A model generated the notes under the pieces. That model saw only the letters and a list, made by a program, of their open reading frames with translations, had not been told where the DNA came from and made no database searches. The position numbers and the translations under genes were made by a program. Positions 23,729-35,751 of a stretch of DNA of 64,000 nt are shown here, piece by piece (position 1 is the stretch's first letter; every line of letters starts with the position of its first letter). The stretch is from Octopus vulgaris (lineage: Eukaryota), in assembly GCA_951406725.2 (NCBI GenBank), contig OX597818.1:116684001-116748000 (forward strand). Direction: 5' to 3'.

Positions 23729-24624
23729 AGTTCTCTCCGGGGTAGAACAGTTTTTAAGAGGTGTCAAAAGAAAATCTTGAAAAGGGCGATCCTGTACATA
23801 ATTCAGGTGGTATATACAAAATGCAACTAGTGAAAACAATGCAGAATAACTAAGTATTGTTCGTAAGAAGTAAAAGCATCAGTGTCTGTCAGGATCAAAG
23901 AAACTACTTCGAAGACACAAACATTAGAAGGAGGAGAGACAGAATTATCCCGCTTAGCATCGCGATTAATATCTCGAAAAGATCTCAATCATTTTTAATA
24001 TAAGAATTACAATGAGATGGAAAATCACTTCTAGGGTAACAGCTAAAAGAGATGTGTCTGTAGAGACAACGTCAGAGTTGGAGTTAATATAGGGAGTATA
24101 AAACAGTAAAATGCTGCTATGAAACTCAATGCAGGATACCAATAAGGCTTTTAAGAATATGCGAAAGAGGCAAATTGCGGAAAGTACTAAATTTAAGTCA
24201 TCAGAATCAGTCATTTTAGAATGGGGTCTGTGAACACGATGAACATTAAAATCATTAAATAGCAGAATACTTATAGAATGACAGTACGATGTGGTTTCTT
24301 CTATCGTGTCGAATACAATATCAGTGATAGTACAGTTCTAAGATATTGGAAGGCAATAACGGAAGAAATGAGTGACAGAAAGTAGGAAGGTTTTGCGGAA
24401 AGGCATAAACGAATGATGAGAATGCGTGTTCGAAGTCACATTCATGAACAAGTTGAAGATTATTGCAAACTGAGATATTAAGACTATTCAAATAATTTAT
24501 AGTGTGATTAATTTGCGATTATGATGGAGATAAGCATCGAGAGTGAAATTCGAACAGGAAATATCACGACTCACTTTAGTTTGATTCAGAGAAAAGCTGT
24601 AATGTTTCGTGGAAAGACTGAACT

Positions 24625-25118
24625 CTCGGCACAAAGCCCGAAAGTTTTAGGGAGTGGGGCCAGTCAATTAGATCGACCCCAGTACGCAACTATATCTATG
24701 AGGAATTGACGGTCTTGATTTCCCAAGTCAAGAGTGAATTAGGGAAATAATTTGCGTGTGTAATTATTTTAATTAAAATAATTTTATAAAAATAAATAAA
24801 TATACACAAACGTCTATTTTTCAATACTTAATTTATCGACCCCGAATGGATGAAAGGCAAAGTCAACCTCGACAGATTTGAACTCAGAACGTAACGGCAG
24901 ACGAAATACCTATTTCTTTACTACCTACAAGAGACTAAGCATAGAGGGGACAAACAAGGACAGACACACGGATTAAGTCGATTACATCGACCCCAATGAG
25001 TAACTGGTACTTATTTAATCGACCCCGATAGAATGAAAGGCAAAGTCGACCTCGGCGGAGTTTGAACTCAGAACGTAGCGACGAACGAAATACTGCTAAG
25101 CATTTCGCCCGGCGTCTT
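24625..25118 (-). mobile_element. SINE family A (dimeric), interrupted by an insert of about 135 bp
   Basis: The consensus cgaccccagtacgcaact|ggtacttaatttatcgacccc is split by 24692-24825. Confidence 0.8.
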
Positions 25119-26394
25119 ATGAATATCACAAATATTGATGAAAGACAATATCAGGCTTCGCTCCATGAATATGGCAGTTATTGTTTGCTCTCTAAGCGTC
25201 CGTGTATCCATTTTGGTATGTGTAATGTAAGGAAGAAATATTTTAGATAATCTTTGAAAATACTGAATGAAATAATTGAAAACGGAAGCTAAGATCATTA
25301 TATCGTTGCAATATGTTTCTTGCTGTATTTAAATGAATGCCTACCAAGGATAATCGGAGGTACAGATACCAAACCATGACATGGTATCGCAAACATAATA
25401 TACTACAGAGATGGCATAGCATCAGATCCGCATCTACGGGAGATATACACATCTTCGGGCTTCTAACTATTTGTCTCAGATAGAATAGTTAAGATAAGGC
25501 TAGTATTCTGGGCTAGAGCGAAAATATTGACAAAATACTATTGACAAATACCTAAATTCGTGAACAAAGATTTTACTCGAGAAGTTGAAAGAGACCAGAG
25601 TGAGGATTACGAAAGAGAAAATACTTTGCAATTATCTATACTTCTCTAAACTTTGGAGAGGTGTACTATGCTGAAAAATGGGTAAACCCATGTAAACCTA
25701 AATTAAATAATGATCCCAATAAACAATACCAGTGTTTCTTTTAGCCTAACACAAACACTAGATCTTTTTCATCCAGTGATGGCGTTGCGTCTTCTTGCAA
25801 TCTGCAATACCCCAACCGCCAGTTAATAATTCTGAATTTCAATGTTGATTGAGTTTCTCTCAGCGTTATATCGTTCATTCCAGTTTCTGTTTGCCGGGAC
25901 CACCCCGACGCATGGACTCATCTAATGCGGGTTCATCATACAATGAAATAATGGCTAAGAATAATATACACTGTTTGTATTCCCTATTTAGTTTATGATA
26001 AATTTAAACATCTCTACCCTAAATGTTTAGGTTAGAAACGTATTATCAACATGGCCAGTGTTGACATCTTAATTAATTTCTTTTTACTTACTTCCTCATG
26101 TATTGAAACCGTCACATAATTTATGAGGTACACAACAAACACCCATACAACTCAATCGAGGTACCTCTCAGGCTTTTACTTCTATTATTACTATTGTATT
26201 TATTTCGTATTTGAATGATTAACTGTTTGACCAAAATGTTTAACATATGAGTTTGAAAAACTAGTAAAAAACGGCTGATTGATAAATTGGTTAACAGAAT
26301 AACTAACCCATTAACTAACAATAACAATAAAGGAGGGAACCAGTGCGTGTGTTTATTATTACCGGTACAATGCCCCTCCCAAGGTTCAATAGTA

Positions 26395-26660
26395 CTATAG
26401 CCCGTCGTATATGTATATAGATATGTATGTGTGTGTGTATATGTTTGCGTGTCTGTGTTTGTCCCCTTACCATCACTTGACAACCGATGCTGGTGTGTTT
26501 ACGTCCCCGTAACTTAACGGTTCGGCAAAAGAGCCCGATAAAATAAGCACAAGTCTTACAAAGTATAGGTCCTGGGGTCGATTTGCTTGACTATAAAGAC
26601 GGTGCCCCAGCATGGCCGCAGCCAGATGACTGAAACAAGTGAAATAGTAAAGAGTATAAG
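26395..26660 (+). mobile_element. 5'-truncated SINE family B
   Basis: agcccgtcgtat..cacttgacaaccgatgctggtgtgtttacgtccccgtaac..atgactgaaacaagt. Confidence 0.85.
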
Positions 26661-26692
26661 GGAATGTCAGCACACACACGCGCGCGCACACA

Positions 26693-26752
<60 letters not shown>

Positions 26753-27870
26753 CACACATACACACACAAACAAAATAAAAATAGACGGAAAGACAATTTC
26801 GTTGTTTTACTTGTCTAACAATGAATTGATATGAGAACGTGCATTAAAACTAAAGCAACTCCATCATGGCAAAAAGAATGTAATTTATTACCTGAAGCGT
26901 CGCAGTTTTTGTCGTACACTGGTCTGCGGCACAGTTTAAGGGTGGTCGAAGGAGTAATTCGACTGGGACCAGGTTGTAGATGAGCAATGACAATTTTGAC
27001 ACCTTGTGAAATACATTTAAATTAAAAATGGATTTAAGAGATTTGTGTGTTATTAAATGCCTCTTCCACTGAGTAATTATGACAGGCAATAAATCCGCGT
27101 TAGATTTGCGGATATAATAAATATGTGCGTGTAATTATTTTAATTGAAAAAAAGATGTTTGTGTAAATTCATTTATTTTTATAAAATTATTTTAATTAAA
27201 ATAATTACAACACACAAAATTTTTTTCATAATTCATTCTTGACTTGGGAAATCAAATCCATCATTTCCTCATATATCTAACTCTAACAAATATTACCAGT
27301 TGAATCAGGGAATGAAAATGCGCATAAAATTATTAAGATATTTAGAGGCATCTCTACTGATTATATCATTACCTAATAATCAGGGTCAAATTCAGTGTTA
27401 TAATTTAGGATTATAATTTAGGATTTAGCTCATACTTTGCGCTCACATACTGACTGGTAACAGGCATAAATAGAACAATTGTAATTCGTTCGAAGTCCAG
27501 GAAGATAAAACACAGGGTTTGACTCTCCTGTAATTTTGTTCCTTGATATTTTACTCCAAAAACAAGATCAGGGATCTGCACAAATATATATTTATGATAT
27601 GGTATATCAAGTGGAAAGATGTATGCAAATACCCAGCACAGTAGATAGATATATTATGGAAAATGTGATATTCTTGCAGAATAGTCTTTGCATACAAATT
27701 TATTATTTACTTCAAGCTTTCTTTGGAGAAAATGTTCATTTGGATCCGATTCCATGAAGCTGTAAATGAATTTCTTCGAATTAAAAACAACGTTCAATTT
27801 TCTATCAAAATTATAAATACATCTTCTATTTTAAAAAATTGATAAAACAATAACAACAACAACAACAACA

Positions 27871-27932
<62 letters not shown>

Positions 27933-28167
27933 CTTTTCTATTATAGGCGCAATGCCAGAAATTTTAGGAGAGGTGGCCAATCGATTTGGTCGACCCCAGT
28001 ACGCAGCTGGTACTTAATACATCGATCTCAAAAGGATGAAAGGCAAAGTATGAAAGGCATGGACAATTTCATAGGAATGTTGAAGACGGACAGAGAACGC
28101 AGCAGCAGACGAAATACCGCTAAGAATTTCGCCCGTCATACTAACGATTCTGCCAGCTTGCCGCCTT
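27933..28167 (-). mobile_element. SINE family A inserted in (TAA)n
   Basis: Reverse-complement consensus ending ..ctgccagcttgccgcc. Confidence 0.85.
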
Positions 28168-28195
28168 AATAATAATAATAATAATAATAATAATG

Positions 28196-28230
<35 letters not shown>

Positions 28231-28274
28231 ACTAATAATAATAATAATAATTATAATAATAATTATAATAATAA

Positions 28275-28446
28275 ACACATATAACATACAGAAAATTGCA
28301 CTACTAGGCACTGCACACATCCTACGCAGAACACTTTCAATACAGTAACCATCAGAGCATCACAACAAATCACAGCACATACCCAAGGCACACAGAGCTG
28401 CGCTCGGTAGTGAAGTGGAAGCACGTTATAAAAATAAAACTACTGA
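28275..28446 (+). mobile_element. 3' end of an R4/Dong-like non-LTR retrotransposon inserted in (TAA)n
   Basis: Translates NIQKIALLGTAHILRRTLSIQ*, the C-terminal QKxALLGTAxILR motif of R4-clade elements; TAA repeats on both sides. Confidence 0.75.
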
Positions 28447-28455
28447 ATAATAATA

Positions 28456-28486
<31 letters not shown>

Positions 28487-28487
28487 T

Positions 28488-28555
<68 letters not shown>

Positions 28556-28664
28556 GTAGCTGGAGAGCATCATAGCCATGGGTTGAGAGGAATTCTCTGG
28601 GATTTGGATAATTCATCTTTGGAAACATAGGTGTTTCGTTCAACTTCCTTAAATAAACCTTATC

Positions 28665-28696
<32 letters not shown>

Positions 28697-28769
28697 TAGG
28701 AGAGGTTTTATCAGTTGCCAGGATTGCATAGAAACAAAGGAAGACAGCTTAGGGTGTATGCGAACAATA

Positions 28770-28995
28770 CCTATTTCTATTTCTTAATAACCACAAGGGG
28801 CTAAACATAGAGGAGACAAACATAGGTATTAAGTCGATTACATCGACCCCAGTGCGTAACTGGTGCTTAATTTATCGACCCCGAAAGGATGAAAGGCAAA
28901 GTCGACCTCGGCGGAATTTGAACTCGCAACGTTACGGCAGTCGAAATACCACTAAGCATTTCGCCCGACGTGCTAACGATTCTGCCAGCTCGCCG
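28770..28995 (-). mobile_element. SINE family A with TSD
   Basis: gtatgcgaacaatacc duplicated at about 28756 and 28996. Confidence 0.9.
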
Positions 28996-29454
28996 GTATG
29001 CGAACAATACCGTGGAGCCATTGCTGAAACATGCGAAAAAGGCCGGCGTCTTCAAAGCTGAGAATTGTGTAATGAAAGAGAAATTTAAAGTGGAAAAGAA
29101 CACAAGAAGAAAGGAACGGCATAGAAGGAAAATAATTCGTTTAAGCAAAATCACGAGGAAAATTTCTTTAAGCAGTCACATCGCATCCTGTGCAGGAACG
29201 GGCTTACTCAATATCAAAATCTTTAACCTCTACAGGTGTTCAGATTATTTCAACCAAGAAGAAAGACTAAATAAAGTCAATTTATTAACAAGTGACTTGG
29301 CATTTCGTCGGCTGCGACGACGAGGGTCCCAGTTGAACCGATCAACGGAACGGCTTGCAAGTGAAATTAATGTGTAAGTGGTTGAGCACTCCACAGTCAA
29401 CAATGACACTTAAAATAATTTAATACACACTGTTAAATTCTTAAATTTTTTTCA

Positions 29455-29499
<45 letters not shown>

Positions 29500-29758
29500 T
29501 GCACACACATATACACAAAAGATAACATCGCAAAAACATATACACATGCACACACACATACGCATACCCGGAGACACCCAAAAGTAAACATCACACATAC
29601 ACACACGTACACACAACTGGAGACACTCAAAAGAAAACATCGCAGTTCAAACCTACACACAGCAAAAAGAAGGAAATGTTGAATTCCTTTTCTTAACAAG
29701 ACATTCATCACAACATACACACCCATTAACACCCAGCTGGTGACATTCCAAACACATT

Positions 29759-30312
29759 TGTAACGAAAGTGTGAATATCTTCTCTGGACCTTTTGGGGGT
29801 GCGAGAAGCAATCACTATCCGTTGCTTTTAAATCCAGATTCTCTACCAGTCAGAAACAACAAGACGCAGACGTAAATAATATATATCTACTTTATTCTCT
29901 TATGACAGTAACAAATAAGTGGTATATCTGGGTATCCCTTTGGTATAGATGTGTCAGAGCTGAACTATATCGCTGTAGAATCTACAGTGTTCAAATGCTA
30001 ACGACACTGGTCAAAGATGGCGTCCGGAACAGGGAGAAGATGATGTTGTCTGCAACAATTTGGTTAAAGCCTTCGGCCGACTGCTATCATAGATGGACAG
30101 CGAGAAAATATACGTCCGTTGCCCTCGGTCGCTTTGTCTCAAGCCAATGACTACTGCTGGACGCTAGTGGTCAACGTCCTACGATCCCCCTGCCTCGGCT
30201 AACTGCCACGTAGGCAAATGGTCCTACTTCCGGTGGTGAAAGCACCAACCCCGCACGCGCGAAATACAAATGGACGGTGCGCGAGCGCGCGCCGTTGTAT
30301 AGGATCACTACA
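29759..30312 (-). mobile_element. Solo LTR (Gypsy-like), 554 bp
   Basis: TGTAACGA...TCACTACA termini, 4-bp TSD CATT (29755-29758, 30313-30316), AATAAA on the minus strand near 29891, GC-rich relative to flanks. Confidence 0.8.
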
Positions 30313-30642
30313 CATTCAACGAACATTCAGCACAATACATATACAAGCACACACACATACACAAACACATGCACACACAGACACATACACACTCATACAC
30401 ACAGCTGGACATAAAACCCTTTCAATAACTGTTTTTAAGTCACTCCCTCGGCAGGAACCCACAGAGTACTTTTTAGACAATAGTGTTTATTGAGCGAAAA
30501 CACTCTTTCTCTCTAACATCTTGTACTCTGTAGAAAACTATGTTTAAAGAAGTCTTCATCGAAAATACTCCAGAGATGTTTTGACCACCAAACATAGGAT
30601 AAACTGTTTTTACTCCAAACTTTTATAAAAATTGTTATTTTA

Positions 30643-30683
30643 ATATTTGATAAGATGAAATCTATCACCGAAACCGGTAATAT
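30643..30683 (+). ncRNA. Minimal type I hammerhead-like motif with U3-A8 core variant
   Basis: atat-TTGATAA-gatga(aatcta)tcacc-GAAA-CCGG-TA-atat; palindromic ACCGGT stem III, GUA triplet. Confidence 0.55.
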
Positions 30684-31078
30684 CCTATGTTTTCTTTATA
30701 TATCCTTTAAAACATTATTAAATTCTTTCTTAATTGAAATACGTTAGATTTACGTCTCTACTGTTTCTACATCCATGAAGGATATTTGGGGATATTTTAG
30801 GGTTATTTTTTTGGTCGAGGCGGTTTCTTTTATACTCTTATAGGTATATTTTATAATTTGCACTACTATTTCAATAGTAATACAAAAAAAACAAACCAAA
30901 CATCTTTTAAATTTTTCTTCATTTTCTTTTATTGACATTTTAATTTTATGAGACTCTTTATACACAAATATATATTGATGATCTTCCTATCAATATATTT
31001 GGTTAAACCCAGTTGGCATCAGAATTGTTTTTAACAATCCCTTGCGTGGATATTGCTTCCTCAAATTCTTGATATATA

Positions 31079-31193
<115 letters not shown>

Positions 31194-31615
31194 ATATGCA
31201 TATATGTATACGCATATATATATATATGCATACACACACATATATGCATTTATATAAGAGGTGGGTTTTTTGATAAATATTAAACAAAACCAGGTAAATT
31301 TTCTTCATTAATTATTTATTATTACTTGCATGCTAGTATGATTTTAACACGGGCATTTATCACTATACCTTTGGGCATCTTCGAAGTGTTTAGAACCCAT
31401 TTCCAGTACATTACCCATTAAAAAGATAATCACATTCAGCCAACATAATTTCAGCGACTCATATTTTCGAAAATATGTTTTAAAAACATATTACGCGCGT
31501 ATAACCATGTGAATTAATTCGATCAATTAAGCGTTCACTACTTATACGTTTCAAATTACAAAAATTTTTGAGCACACAACAGATTTGGAAACAATCATAT
31601 CGAATACGATAAGAA

Positions 31616-31703
<88 letters not shown>

Positions 31704-31977
31704 GACCATATATATATATGAATGCATGAAATTCCTAATTAGTCGGATTTTCAGGTTTAATTGTATCCAATTTTTACAATTTTACAAAACTGAAATAAAA
31801 TAGTGTTATCAAGCGTTACGCCATCATCATGATTATGTAGTTACAGTCGTGTTCCACGATTGGCATCTGTAGTGAAATAGTTAGATTTAGCTTTTAAATA
31901 CCTTCCGACGGCCTTCAGAAAGCTGAATGTTATGAACTGGATTTTGACCAATCAGTAAGTGGCTTAGATGTCACGGT

Positions 31978-32180
31978 GTGGTTATACTATTTATAGTGAC
32001 ACACAATCTGTGTCACCAAAATATCCTTAGCACGTGCAAAGCAAAATTGCCAATCATTGTTCATACTAATGAATTAAAGGATATAATCACTGACGAGGGT
32101 ATGATTCTAAGTAAAAGACAGCCGAAGAACTTGAAACAATTTTTAACAAACACAAAGTTTGACCTGAGCAACAATGACAA
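31978..32180 (+). mobile_element. Penelope-like element ORF remnant (RT C-terminus / linker before GIY-YIG)
   Basis: ILFIVTHN...ILSKRQPKNLKQFLTNTKF resembles the PF(V/I)TTYNP and RRPxNL(K/R)xxL motifs of Penelope ORFs. Confidence 0.6.
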
Positions 32181-32518
32181 ATCAGCATGGCCGCAGCTCA
32201 GAGCTGAAACTAGAAAATAAAAACATATATACGACGGGCTTCTTTCAGTTTCTGTCTATCAAATCCACTCACAAGTCTTTGGTCAGCCCGAGGCTATAGT
32301 AGAAGACATTTGCCCAAGGTGACACGTAGTAGGAATGAACCCAGAACGAAGTAGTTGGTAAGCAAGCTACTTACCACCCAGCCACTCCTGCGCCTAGCTA
32401 CTTACCACACAGTCACTTCTGCGCCTATGAGAATAATTTTATAACTTCGTTAAACCGAAGAACAAAATATAAATAGGACCGCAGTTGGAATTGCTCAGGT
32501 GACACTGGGGCAAATGGA

Positions 32519-33310
32519 AAAAGAAATTGAAAGGTATAATGAATAAGCACTCCAATCAGTCAAAACGACTTTATAACACTCACATATTATCATAAATCAA
32601 ATATATATATATATATATATTAAAACATCAGGGCATCCATTGGTAAAACCCAATGGCATAAAATATACACATATATACGAATAAAATGTGATGAAACCTC
32701 AAAGGATAATACGAATGAAGTTGAATGAAGAAAAATATATGGATAAAATTAATGCATAACAAAGGTGACTAAAATCTAAGGCTATGAAACCAAAATAATA
32801 TGGATATAAATATATTAGTATAAAAATAAAGGGCAAAGTGATAACTAGGAAAGAGTCTGCACAAATGCATCTCTACGATCGTTTTAAAGGATGTTGCCTC
32901 ACTTTGTCAATGGTCAATTTAAAATTCTTTAAGGAAATCCAAAGGCAATGACCTTTTCTTTGAAAAGATCGTACCCACGCATCTGCCTTTTATATTTATA
33001 TTTATATATTTATGTTTATATTATTTTGGCTTCGTTGCTTTAAATTTTAGTCGCCCATATTATACATTAATTTAATCCATATATTTTTTCCTCATTCGAC
33101 GTCACTCGAATTACACTTTTAAGTTCTATCACCTTTTATTCGTATATATGTGTATATTTTATACTATTGGGTTTTACCAATGGATGCCCTGATGTTTTAA
33201 TATATATTTACATTAATATTTATATTTATATTAATGATAATATGGTAATGTTATAAAGTCGTTTTGGCCAATTAGAGCGTTTATTCAATATATTTTTCAA
33301 TTCATTTCTA
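32519..33310. repeat. Long diverged inverted repeat (arms about 320 bp or more, short spacer)
   Basis: 32620-32654 is the exact reverse complement of 33166-33200; similarity extends about 32519-32900 versus 32940-33310. Confidence 0.9.
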
Positions 33311-33654
33311 CCGGTCAATATATGAACACAAAAACCGGAAGAATATTTACAAACGGAAATATGAACTGCAAAAGCGGAAATTTAATTCTCTGCATCAAAT
33401 TGTCGAATTGTAAACAGATATTCGTTGGACTTTCTAGGAATGCATTTTCGGAGCGTTTACGTGTGCACCAACAGTAAATTATGGATCCTCATGTCCGTCA
33501 GGTACCTTTAAGCAACCATCTGGTAAAGTGTGCTCAAAATAAGTTTATAATATTCCCATTCTACAAACTACGGATCTAGCCTTTCTCATTCGCAAATTGA
33601 GCCCCCGCTTAATTCTGCTCAGATTGCTTTCAATTTTGGTGTATCGATGCAACT

Positions 33655-33880
33655 CTTTTACTCTTTTATTCTTTTACTTGTTTCAGTCGTTTGACTGTGG
33701 CCATGCTGGAGCACCGCCTTTAGACGAGCAAATCGACCCCAGGACTTATACTTTGTAAGCCAAGTACTTATTCTAAGAACAACTAAGTTACGGGAGCGTA
33801 AACACACCAGCATCGGTTGTCAAGCGAAATTGGGGGGGTGGAACAAACACAGTTGCACAAACATATACACACATATACAC
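33655..33880 (-). mobile_element. SINE family B 3' part
   Basis: ctcttttacttgtttcagtc..ggccatgctggagcaccgcctttag. Confidence 0.85.
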
Positions 33881-34018
33881 ACCGTATGTTTTTATTGTCG
33901 TCGGTTACGTTCTTGTTCCGATTCGGGGATGTATATATAGACATATAGTGGCGCACGTACACCTTTTGGTCACCATATATATATATATACATACATACAT
34001 ACACATACATACATATAT

Positions 34019-34049
<31 letters not shown>

Positions 34050-34074
34050 CATACATACATACATGCATACATAC

Positions 34075-34135
<61 letters not shown>

Positions 34136-34140
<5 letters not shown>

Positions 34141-34624
34141 ATTGGCAGGGCTGGCCTGCTAGGTAGCCGGCCAGAATGCTAGAAATAGATCATCAACGAT
34201 CAAACGACAAGGGAAATTCTCTAGAGGAAGAATTCAGCGAACACCAGAACCAAATTTGGCGGGCAGGACATATGAAAAATTAAATAAAAAACAGACTTAA
34301 ATGCATACCTCGGTTTCGGTCTTAACAAAAGAATTACTTGCATAATTCAAGTGTCCGTGACTTCTTCAGTACATTCGGTCCTCGAGATGCAAAACGCAAG
34401 ACTAACCCCAGCTCTCTGTGTCAAGACAGACACGTGCTTAGTCTTACTGATTACATCGGGAATAAAATTTCAGATGTCTTGGTTCCGGCGCGCTAAGAGA
34501 CTCCTGAAGCGAAGGGCTGCAGTGAATAATTCACTGCGGGTAAAGCTTACTACTAGGGAACGTATTTATTTAAATATTTAAAAATTGAGGGAGATAAATT
34601 AATATTAGTTTTAATATCAATTTA
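34136..34624 (-). mobile_element. Inverted copy (489 bp) of the 546-bp hammerhead-bearing repeat
   Basis: Reverse complement of 35106-35594 with about 4 mismatches seen by eye. Confidence 0.95.
34299..34376 (-). ncRNA. Type I hammerhead ribozyme (copy 1)
   Basis: Reverse complement of 35354-35431. Confidence 0.8.
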
Positions 34625-34712
34625 TGTATGTATGTATGTATGTATGTATGTATGTATGTATGTATGTATGTATGTATGTATGTATGTATGTATGTATGTA
34701 TGTATGTATGTA

Positions 34713-34778
<66 letters not shown>

Positions 34779-34843
34779 TGTATGCATGTATGTATGTATA
34801 TATATATATATGGTGACCAAAAGGTGTACGTGCGCCACTATAT

Positions 34844-35697
34844 CAAGTAATTCTTTTGTTAAGACCGAAACCGAGGTATGCATTTAAGTCTGTTGTTTAT
34901 TTAATTTTTCATATGTCCTGCCCGCCGAATTTGGTTCTGGTGTTCGCTGAATTCTTCCTCTAGAGAATTTCCCTTGTAGTTTGATCGTTGATGATCTATT
35001 TCTAGCATTCTGGCCGGCTACCTAGCAGGCCAGCCCTGCCAATATACACATATATTTGAATTTTCTCTGACTCCTCAGATTTTTTGAATGCTGGACTACT
35101 GGTTTTAAATTGATATTAAAACTAATATTAATTTATCTCCCTCAATTTTTAAATATTTAAATAAATACGTTCCCTAGTAGTAAGCTTTACCCGCAGTGAA
35201 TTATTCACTGCAGCCCTTCGCTTCAGGAGTCTCTTAGCGCGCCGGAACCAAGACATTTGAAATTTTATTCCCGATGTAATCAGTAAGACTAAGCACGTGT
35301 CTGTCTTGACACAGAGAGCTGGGGTTAGTCTTTCGGTTTGCATCTCGAGGACCGAATGTACTGAAGAAGTCACGGACACTTGAATTATGCAAGTAATTCT
35401 TTTGTTAAGACCGAAACCGAGGTATGCATTTAAGTCTGTTTTTTATTTAATTTTTCATATGTCCTGCCCGCCAAATTTGGTTCTGGTGTTCGCTGAATTC
35501 TTCCTCTAGAGAATTTCCCTTGTAGTTTGATCGTTGATGATCTATTTCTAGCATTCTGGCCGGCTACCTAGCAGGCCAGCCCTGCCAATATACACATATA
35601 TTTGAATTTTCTCTGACTCCTCAGATTTTTTGAATGCTGGACTACTGGTTTTAAATTGATATTAAAACTAATATTAATTTATCTCCCTCAATTTTTA
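34844..35697 (+). mobile_element. 1.56 tandem units of a 546-bp hammerhead-bearing repeat (retrozyme / Penelope pseudo-LTR-like)
   Basis: caagtaattcttttgttaagacc recurs at 34844 and 35390 (period 546); ends in (TA)n. Confidence 0.85.
35354..35431 (+). ncRNA. Type I hammerhead ribozyme (copy 2)
   Basis: Stem I gaatgta/tgcattt; CTGAAGA 35361-35367; long stem II a-gtc...gaattat(GCAA)gtaattc...gac-c; GAAA 35413-35416; stem III ACC(ga)GGT; predicted cut after GUA at 35424. Confidence 0.8.
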
Positions 35698-35751
35698 TAT
35701 ATATATATATATACTTGCATGTACGTTTATGTGTGTGTGGGTGGGTGTTTT

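Larger units (their letters stand above)
27848..28692. repeat. (TAA)n microsatellite field hosting retroelement insertions
   Basis: Long TAA/ATT runs at 27870-27932, 28168-28272, 28447-28555 and 28665-28692. Confidence 0.95.

Noticed and set aside
34988-35072. C/D-box snoRNA (TGATGA..CTGA) in the 546-bp unit
   Set aside because: No purine before the C box, no terminal stem, no recognisable guide.
34351-35379. Twin 76-aa ORFs (34351-34581 +, 35149-35379 -)
   Set aside because: Same sequence because of the inverted repeat; GTG start, no recognisable motif, antisense to the ribozyme strand.
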